Position numbers and translations under genes: made by a program
NCBI GenBank assembly: GCA_051453625.1
Contig: JBOZIK010000001.1
Location: 11,405,124-11,452,024, forward strand
Source: Welwitschia mirabilis
Lineage: Eukaryota
Direction: 5' to 3'
Length of the DNA: 46,901 bases
In this document: piece by piece, positions 37,951-46,901 of the stretch
Layout: every line of letters begins with the position of its first letter
Numbering within the stretch: the stretch's first letter is position 1
Notes under the pieces: generated by a model
The model's input: the letters and a program-made list of their open reading frames with translations, nothing else
Told to the model about the DNA's origin: nothing
The model's database searches: none

Positions 37951-39900
37951 ACATTTATGGCAAACCAAATTACTAATGGATTAAGCTAGGAATACTTTAC
38001 TAGGGATGGTTCATTTTTGTTTTCTTCTTATTAAGTCTTTCTATAGCTTAGAATACCTTGGGTTTTCTTGCAAAAGTATCCAAAATAATAAGTTGATACT
38101 CACATTTTGTATTAAGGCTTTAAGATGATCATCAAAAATAGGGTTTGTGTTAAGACTATCAAGCCATGGTATAGCAAGTTTTTTGTAAAGGATCTTTCTC
38201 TTTGTTATTTAATAAAGAAGAAAAAGAATTATTTTCTAAAATTTTTATATCCTCTTCCTCATCATTCTTATCACTTTGTGATGTTGAAGCCTCATAAGTA
38301 AGAGGAGTTATGTCATTTCCACTTCTTGTCACCACCTTACAATCTTTTCTAACTTCATTTGGATTCAATAAAGATTGAGTTATAAGAGATTATTATGGTC
38401 TTTAGTTAACAAGCATAGTTTGTTGTAGAATACTCATAAGGTTTTTAATGTTTAAGTTTATTCTTTCTTCTGATTTTTCAAACTTCTTAATGAAATTCTT
38501 AAGAGGATTACTATGGTTTTGGAAGTTGGAATAGCTTTCCAAGTTATTTGAGTTATTGGATTGAAAGTTTGAGTTCTCAATCTATTTTTAAAAGGTTAAA
38601 ACTTAGGATGGTATGTTTGAAAATTTCTAGAGTTAGATTGTTCACTTATCCTATGTTGAAATTTGTTATGATTTTGAACTTGTCTTTGATTTTGATTGTA
38701 GTTTAAAGATCTTTGATTAAAGGCACAAACTTCCTCATAAATTTTCCTTTGTAAGTGGGAAGCAAGAAATAATATTTGATAACATGATAACTATCTTCAC
38801 ATAAATTAGATGTTGAAACTACAACTTCACTCTTTTCAGTTGCCATCTTAGCATCAAGAATCATTTGGATGTATGTTTTGAGAGTAGAGGTGAAATCCTT
38901 TATGATATTGGTTGGCTCTTTTTTTATTCTTATTTTGTTTTTCTCATATTTTTCCTCTTTTAAATCTTTAATGATTTAGCCTATAGTTTGGTTTCGCTAG
39001 GTGAGGTTTTAGACCATGTTTGACTCACTTCTACCAAATCTTCCAACACTTTCTAAGCATCATCTAAGGTTTGGTTCAATAAGTTGCCTTTGCACAAAAA
39101 TTTTACAAGTTGCTTTGTATGACTACTTAATCTACTGAAAAATAGACAACTACTTCTACCTGTGAAAAGGAATCTACAGGGTTTTAATGTAAATCAACAA
39201 TGAATATCTGATATGNNNNNNNNNNNNNNNNNNNNNNNNNNNNNNNNNNNNNNNNNNNNNNNNNNNNNNNNNNNNNNNNNNNNNNNNNNNNNNNNNNNNN
39301 NNNNNNNNNNNNNNNTTTGTATGACTACTTAATCTACTGAAAAATAGACAACTAATTCTACCTGTGAAAAGGAATCTACAGGGTTTTAATGTAAAGCAAC
39401 AAAGAATATCTTATATGTAGAGGCATAATCTTCATTAGGTATTTGTTAGAAGTTGGTAACTTCTTTCTTATGCTTTTGGATGATGGTTTTACTCATAAAT
39501 ATTTTAATGAAAGCTTATTGAACTTGACTTCAAGATTTTAGACTTTTGTGGGAAATTATTCTAAGCTATAGTTTTGCTTTATCTCTTAAAGTGCTGGGGA
39601 AGATGACCAGTAGATTCTATCACATATGTGTTTTTTACTATTTTTGAAAGTGATGACAAGTTATTTTATATTAGCAATGTATTACAAAGGATCTTCATCA
39701 AGATTCTCCACTAAAGGTAGGATATACATTTAAGTTATAGAGTTCAACATCATCATCAAGAGGTAGGTCAAAAGGATTTTGGATTTCATATTTCTTGTTT
39801 ACTATAAAATTTCTAAGGGTGACATTGACATTAGTATGAAAAGTAGTGGTTGTAAAGATTCCAATAACAAGGGGTGGATTTGGTAAAACAAGTTGCTTTT
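37951..39900 (-). pseudogene. gag: Element B gag (decayed)
   Basis: ENLDEDPL...LVIFPSTLRDKAKL in the retrotransposon-gag region and NPNEVRKDCKVVTRSGNDI, the Athila-type gag-AP linker (cf. AITLRSGK). Confidence 0.7.
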
Positions 39901-40671
39901 ACTTTTGGGATGAGGTAGAAATGATAGGAAAATCAGACTCTGCATAAATANNNNNNNNNNNNNNNNNNNNNNNNNNNNNNNNNNNNNNNNNNNNNNNNNN
40001 NNNNNNNNNNNNNNNNNNNNNNNNNNNNNNNNNNNNNNNNNNNNNNNNNNTACTTTTGGGATGAGGTAGAAATGATAGGAAAATCAGACTCTGCATAAAT
40101 AAAAGTAGAAATTGTAGGAATTTTAAAATATTGCGTACCTTTATTGCTTTTTACCTCTTTCAGTTTCCAGATTTATTAAATCTTCTTTGATGTTTTTAGC
40201 AATAAACAACCACTCTATTTGGTATTTTTCTTTCTTACAAGATTTTACCATTCATTCTCAGTCTCGAATGTATAAAGCTCTATCCTTGTCATTGTCCAGA
40301 CAATATCCTAGATGATAGAAAACATAGAAACCATAAAAAAGGAAAAAGTAGAAAACAGAAAACAAAAGACTAACTCTAATAGAAAACTCAGAAAGCAGAC
40401 TGTCATCCTCCTAGATCATCTGAATGATAATGGAAATAATGGGAAAGACCCTAAAATTTTTTAATAACAAACTGAAACAAAAAACTCAGGGCACATAGGC
40501 CATTGTCGCCACATGTTGTCTAGACGATAGATTTTTATTTGAAAAATAGAAAACTGACTCTATAAAAAGAAAAAACCTATTCTACTGCAGATAATGATAC
40601 ACCACTACTGCAGCAAGCATCCAAACTAAAATACTCACTAAAGCAATAATAACTCCCAAACTCTAAGCAAC

Positions 40672-40692
40672 CGTCCTTAGCAATGGTGCTAA
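40672..40692 (-). promoter_or_regulatory. PBS of element B (degenerate Asp-type)
   Basis: The - strand reads TTAGCACCATTGCTAAGGACG next to the LTR end, matching TTGGCGCCGTTGCCGGGGA mostly by G>A changes. Confidence 0.65.
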
Positions 40693-40694
40693 GA

Positions 40695-41786
40695 TATTGC
40701 AGTGTGTATTTATGCAATGTTTACATCCTGAGTAGAATCCTATTAATTACAAATAATAATATAGAAACATAACACACTAATATAGATGGGATTTATAGAC
40801 TATCATGATCCATTAAAGGCCAAAGTAGGAAATGAGAGAGTTTCTTTTCAAAGAGAAATACTTGCACCCTAATCTATAGAAATAATTTTTAATGCATGAA
40901 AGTAAAATAAAACACACTCGTGAAAATCTAATCTATAAAAAAGAAACAATAATGCACTTAACCTAAAGTAACTAAGCATAACCTTAATGAAGGTTGCCTT
41001 CATAACCTATATTACTAGAGAAACTATTACCTGATCAAAAGCAACATAATCTATAAGGATGAGAAATAATCAAACATTATAAATATAAAAAGAAATGTTT
41101 TCTATTAATAATCAGACCACATCTGTATTACAAAGTAGCTACACCTCAATGGAGGAAATGCCACTCAACACCGAGGAAACATCTCTCTAGAACTACAGGA
41201 TGGATCTCTGGCCCTTCGATCTCCTGTCACAAGAATTTTAGATGAAAATGAAGATAAGCAAGAGTCGAGGATGAGATCTATATTTATTGACTCAACACAT
41301 AACAACAAAGATAGAAAGACGTGTGTAAAGCCACAATGTCCACGCAAGGAAAAACAGAAAATACAAGTGGTAAAATTTTGGTGAGTTTTTAGTACAAACA
41401 TCACAACTGTGTCATTCGGCTAGTCGTCTAGGTATTAGAGGATACCATGCCATCTTATAATCAATCCACATCAACTTACTAGATAGACTTTAGTCAGCAT
41501 CTAGTTAGTATAGTCGTTTGCATAGTCATCCAAACAATTAGGTGGATGATGGCCTTTGATAATTCTTCAATTATTGCATTAGCCTTAACGTTTGTAGGAA
41601 GTTATCTTTAGAAATGTAAAGTATTCATATTTGTTTAGAATGCTGTAAATTATCATGAAAATTACATATTTCCATCCTTTTCATCCTAGATATTTATTAT
41701 CATGGAAATCAAGCACTTACATATCTATTTACCTACAAAACAACTTGAAATACCCTAACAAATATGCGTAAGTTGGTAGTGCAACA
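40695..41786 (-). mobile_element. Element B 5' LTR (~1.09 kb)
   Basis: TATTGCAG...GTGCAACA on + (imperfect terminal inverted repeat). Aligns with 18137-19630. Confidence 0.92.
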
Positions 41787-42400
41787 TTTAATATTCAAGA
41801 TTTTTCTCTTAAATCTTCAACCATTTTCATGGATTTAAATTTAGCTAGGAAAGTACTTTTAAGGATTTCCCATGAACTAAAAGCCTGATTAGGATTCCTA
41901 TGATATCATAATTAAACATCTCCTTTTGAAGAAAAAGGAAAAGATCTAAGATAGTGAGATTCTATGTCAAGATAATTAGCTTTACAAAAAGCATTAAATA
42001 ATATTAGTATAATAGAGGTTATTTTGACTTCTTTTTTTCAAAAGTGGGTATTGTGATAGTATTTATATTTCTTATTTTATCTGGATATTGTAGGGCTGTA
42101 GGATTGATATGATTCAAATCATTTATCTAGAGGGTATCACCATTCAAAGATCTTGAATCTCCACCATCTTCCTAATAACACCCTATTATTACTTGCTTTT
42201 CAAACTGTTGATCTGGGTGATGCTAGAATGCTATGCATTCATCGCTCCAATTCACTCATTAGTTTAGAAAATATTTAGTCTCTTACCATCCTTCCTAAAG
42301 TTACATTATCTTCCACAAAATCATTGTCTTCTATTTCTAATTTAATAACATCTTTAGTATATTCATTTAAATCATATTTTTTTGAATTTATAATGTACCT
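41787..42400 (-). pseudogene. gag: Family-A gag N-terminal part (continues at 18136)
   Basis: YLRSFPFSSKGDV*L*Y...FSSWEILKSTFLAKF matches the LRLFPFSLxGxAxxW...SWxxLxxxFLxKF gag motif. Confidence 0.85.
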
Positions 42401-42500
42401 ACTTTTTCATCTCATCATCTTTTGTGACTATCTTGTTGCATGGTACTTTGTGTCATCATCACTAGTTGGCTATGGAGCTAATCTCCTTCTAGAACTAAAA

Positions 42501-43450
42501 TGATGGATGGCTTATGTTATAAAATAAATGTAGAATGTATTAAAAAATATTACTAAAAACTATAAACATTATTAAAAAAGTACAAAAATTATGTTACTAT
42601 TAACCTAAAATAAGCATACATAATTAAAATAAAAATACATGAAGGCTTACTAAAGAACTAGTTATGACTTAAATCATTTAGTTGAAAATTCATCATTACA
42701 ATAATATTGTGATGAAGTTACTTAAACTAGTTAGGTTATTTATTAAAACCAAAATACTATATACATATAATACATCAAGGGGGAATAGAGAAAGAGATAA
42801 AACATAACTGAAGTTAAGCAACTTGCTAATTAATACTTATTTCTAAGCACTGAAATTATCCTACTTCATGTTTAGCGATACAAACAGGAGTAAGATAGAA
42901 GTAATATGACTTTTTCAAGTAATAAAAGATGCATATAATGATATTCAAATTATTTTTAGCTTTTATATTGAAATACCAATTGTACATAATTACAAGCTAA
43001 TGAATGTATTCTGTATTTTAGGTAATACTAGGGAATGCAGGAAAGCACTGCTGACACTTTGCAGGCGAGATGGAGTTCCCTTACTTGACCTCGTTGCCTT
43101 GTCTATTGCTAGAACTTATGTGCCAAAAAATTCCCACCTTTAATGGTGATCACATTTTTATACCCTAGTTAGTTTTTTAGTTTCCTTTCTTTGCTTCTTA
43201 GGAAAAATCAAGTGGTTGAGGTTGTTATTCTAATTTGCTCCTCAACCTTCTCTCTCTTCTTCATGCCACTTGGCATCTTGTACCTAAAATATAATAATGA
43301 AATATATATACTAACCTACTAACCACTAATCTATTTATTAGTATGCATAAAGATAATTAAAAACATCTATTTGCTAAAGAAATATATAATTGACATAAGA
43401 AAAACTACTTCAATAATAATTAAATTATTACATAAAATTTATCTTCATCA
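42501..43450 (-). mobile_element. Family-A LTR copy 3 (5' LTR, 950 bp)
   Basis: TGATGGA...TTCATCA terminal inverted repeat. Gag lies directly to the left and the ATTAC TSD to the right. Confidence 0.92.
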
Positions 43451-43455
43451 ATTAC

Positions 43456-46400
43456 TAAAGGAGGGTGCAATGATTCAACAACGTCTATAATATTAATAGG
43501 TTCATAAACAATAATAGGCTTAAGAATCATTTCATTTCTTTTACTAATACCACCCATCCATTGGTAGTTATCACAATACATACAAAATTTATTAGTATAT
43601 TTAAAAAGTAGACCACAAGAAGCTAGTATTTAAGACTTTATACATAGTTTTATTTCCACTATAATAACCATCACATATGTTATTATGATAAAATTCTAAG
43701 ATATTAATCATTTCATTCTCAAGAAATACCTTGAAAAGATTTGTTTAAGATAATATGTAAATAATAGTAATGATTTCCATTAGAATTTATGTCATTCAGA
43801 TAGAACTTTCTTTTGCTTATAATAAGACATTTTTCTAGAGATTTACCACAGGCTTTAAAGTTTTCAATATCAGTAAATCAAGGTAAACTATTAATAACAA
43901 ATAATATTTCATCTAGAAAAATTTCATTCATTTTAGGTAAATTAATAGGTAGGGAAAGGGAAGATAAATGATTACTAAAAGAATGTTTCTTTTCTTCTCT
44001 ATCCTTAAGGATGATATCAAATTTTTGCATAAGTAAAGCATAATTCATAAAAGGAGGTTTAGTTAAGAGCTTATTTAGAATGTATTTTAAAGAAGCATGA
44101 TTAGTAAATATAATCATGAAACAATCAATAAGATAATGAAGAAATTTATCTAGCATAAAGATAATAGCTAACATCTCCTTTTTAGTAGTTGAATAGTTAA
44201 GTTGTACATCATGCAAAGTTTTGATAGCATAAAAAATCACATAGAATTTACAATTAATAGGTTGACCGAATATTGTATGTACTACAAAATCATTTACATC
44301 ATTCATCACCTTGAAAGGAAAATAATAGTTAGAAGCTTGAAGAATAGGTAAATGTGATAAAAGTTGCTTAAGTTATTACACTATAAGTTTCACAATTAAA
44401 TATCCAAGAGAAAGTCGTATCTTTACAAAGCAATTTAACTAAAGGTTTACTAAGAGAACTAAAATATAAAATAAAATAGTAATAAAAACCAGTGTGTCAT
44501 AAGAAAGATCTTATATATTTTATACAAGTAGGAGTAGGTAAAAAATAAATCATTCTAATCTTTACAAGATCCATTTCTATTCATTCCACAAAAATATATT
44601 ACCTACAATAATTCATTTAGTATCTAAGAAATAAATTTTTTCCCAACTAAGTTTTAGATTATAATCAATACAATGATTCTTAATCAATTTTAAATAATAA
44701 ATACCATAAAGAGATAAATCATCCATAAAATATTTAAAAATTCATCTAAGAATTCAACCAAAAAAATCCATCATACACCTTTGGAAATTTTCCAAAGCAT
44801 TATATAAACCAACAGATGTAAAAATAGGCAAGAGTTCCAATTGTACAAGTAAAGTAATTTTTTTATTAATCTTCTACAATTATAAGAATTTCATTATAAC
44901 CATTGTAGACATCCAAAAAATAATATTAATAATGCCTAGGTATTTTATCAAGGATCTCATCAATGAAAATAAAAAAAAGATGATCTTTCTTAGTATAAGT
45001 ATTAAAAGCAAGGAAATCTACATATACTTGTCCTTTACAATTCTTATGTAGGAAAACCCATAAAGGGATCACCCATCCATTATCTATAATGGAATAAATT
45101 ATATCAACTTCTTAAATTTTCATGATTTCTTCCTCAATAATATCCCTGAGGTTTAGGTTTAACCTATATAAAGGTTGACAAACAAGTTTTGTGTTAGGTT
45201 CTACATAGGTAGGGTATGAACAAATAGAATGATGGACTTTAACTAGATCATGATAAGACCAAGAAAATGCTTACGAGTTCGTAATTAATATGTTGGTGAT
45301 GATTTCTTATTCTTGAAAATGAGTAAGATGCACACTAATGATAATAGGTTTAGTTTGATTACTACCTAGGAAGATGTACTTTAAATGGTTAGGGAGCCAT
45401 TTTAAATCATCATTAATAATAGTGTAAGTAGTAAAGATATTATTAAAAAGGCTAGTAGCTTTTATTTCATTAAAAGCATAATTAATATATTTGAAATAAA
45501 CACATTTAATGGGTATACCCATTTCATTTAAACCTAAGTAAGAGTTAATAAGCAAGTCATATTGTGTATTCAAATAAAGCATATCATTTAAAATTAAAAA
45601 TAATTCATCCCTCATATATTGTATTTTAGTCAAGTGTAAATGTTTATTTAATTTAGTTTTCTTTTTCTTTTGATTCAAAAACACATTCAAGGTAATAGAA
45701 AGATTATTAAAAATAATTTTAATGTACCAGATCTATAGTTAATTTTAGCATTAGCAATTGCAAGCTAAGGTTAACTAAGAATCATAGGATAACTTGTTGA
45801 ATCTAAGGATAGATTAAGAATCACAAATTTGATAGCATATATGGATTATCTATTTACATTAATAACATCTATCAATATTCCTAAGGGTTTTACTAAAGTT
45901 CCATTAGCCATACAAAGAAGTACATCAGTGGGGCCAACATGGTTAAATATTAAGGTTAAATGGTTCTAGTATAAGATTAACTTTAAATCCTAAATTTGTG
46001 AAAGCTTTATCAATTATATGGTCTTTAATAGTAATATTAATGAGAGGGATATAAGGTCATCATATTTCACTAGTAGTTTGGATTGCACAAATCATGTAGC
46101 AGAAGCGATAAGATTATGTCTTTAGGTAGTTGAATATTTTTTTTTGGGTGCATAAACATTTAATAAATTTGGCTTAAAAAGGAATTTGTTTAATTATCTC
46201 AAGAAGGGAAAGATCAATGTTAACATCTTTACATTTTATAGATATATGCATAATTATTATTACCTTTATCAAATTAAATTTATCTAGGAAAAGGAATGCA
46301 ATCTCCTAATTTTCTCTTTAAAATATTCTTTCTAGATTCAGATTTAAGATTTTCTATTATTTTTCTAAATTTTCAACTTCCTTAGTTTTAGGATTAGATT

Positions 46401-46738
46401 TTAAAATAATTTTTTTCACGTATCAATCTAATGGCATTTACATTAGTATGTTATTCCATTTCATGAGCTAATTTTGGACTAGGAGTTTATTGAGATTTTA
46501 AGCTTAGATGACTCTCCTTATTACATTATTCTTAAAACATGAAGTTAAGCATTTGATGTATTTGTTTTATTTGATTTACTAATAGTTTCATTTTTTCTTA
46601 TAATTTATTTTCATGAAGTGAAAATACTATTAATTATTTAGGTTACCATAGGAATTGATTATTATAATGATGATAGGTATTTTGATTTTGATGAAAATTG
46701 GTTAGTTTTGGTTTAGTATACTTGTTGAAGGACATATT
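43456..46738 (-). pseudogene. pol: Element D gag C-terminus, protease, RT, RNase H and integrase N-terminus (heavily decayed)
   Basis: LKWLPNHLKYIFLGSNQTKPIIIS linker, RT motif FMDDLSLYG, RH motif NYSTTKKEMLAIIFMLDKF and INT motif ISKRNEMILKPIIVYEP. Confidence 0.88.
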
Positions 46739-46901
46739 TGATAGGATCGAGAACCCTGGGAGGGGGTGAATAGGTTCTTTTAAAAAATTATCCCAAAAAA
46801 CTGAAAATAAATCTATCTGAGCATAGCTTGCATATAAAAATAACTAATTCAAGAATGTGCATAAAATAATGGAAAAACTAAAATTAAAGAATTAAAAATA
46901 A
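46739..46901 (-). mobile_element. U5 end of a second Sirevirus-like LTR (3' or solo LTR) inserted into the gag of D; runs off the window
   Basis: TGATAGGATCGAGAACCCTGGGAGGGGGTGAATAGGTTCTTTTAAA is nearly identical to 424-470. There is no PBS on its left. Confidence 0.85.

Larger units (their letters stand above)
18137..41786 (-). mobile_element. Element B: Athila-like Ty3/gypsy retrotransposon with env-like ORF, internal pol duplication and nested element C
   Basis: Paired LTRs, an Asp-type PBS, a PPT and a 4/5 TSD (TTTAC 18132-18136, TTTAA 41787-41791). The host gag rejoins as ...ILNIK|QRNNERF. Confidence 0.88.
4824..43450 (-). mobile_element. Family-A Ty3/gypsy (non-chromovirus, Athila-like pol) composite insertion containing nested elements B and C
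   Basis: Homologous LTRs at both ends, ATTAC at 4819-4823 and 43451-43455, and the host integrase frame rejoins when the insert is removed. Confidence 0.85.

Noticed and set aside
39112..40100. Direct repeats 39112-39215/39316-39416 and 39901-39950/40052-40100
   Set aside because: Near-identical copies either side of 100-N gaps; assembly artefacts.
424..46901. The two SIRE-like LTRs as the ends of one 46-kb element
   Set aside because: The left LTR has its PBS on its left, so its element extends out of the window leftwards. The right LTR has neither a PBS nor copia internal sequence on its left. They are independent insertions.

Overview
AT-rich eukaryotic (plant-like) draft-scaffold sequence with many N gaps. 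I found no intact host gene, RNA gene or CRISPR array. The window is an old, nested cluster of LTR retrotransposons whose insertion order can be read from target-site duplications (TSDs) and from reading frames that rejoin across each insertion. Outermost is a decayed Athila-like Ty3/gypsy element D (- strand), whose integrase is split at an ATTAC TSD by a 38.6-kb insert (4824-43450) bounded by family-A LTRs. The gag of A is split by element B (18137-41786, TSD TTTAC/TTTAA). The RT/RNase H junction of B is split by element C (28320-36112, + strand, perfect AGGAG TSD), a pol-less relative of B carrying a decayed ORF of unknown function. Sirevirus-like (SIRE, Ty1/copia) LTRs cut D at both ends of the window. 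The most unusual points are: an in-frame internal duplication of AP-RT-RH-INT in B; three family-A LTRs inside one TSD pair; a ~150-bp non-coding block conserved after pol in A, B and C; a dispersed ~42-bp palindrome in B and C; and possibly spliced env-like (Athila ORF2-type) accessory ORFs. All coding regions are pseudogenised. Family and lineage names come from motif recognition by eye, not database searches, and domain boundaries are approximate.
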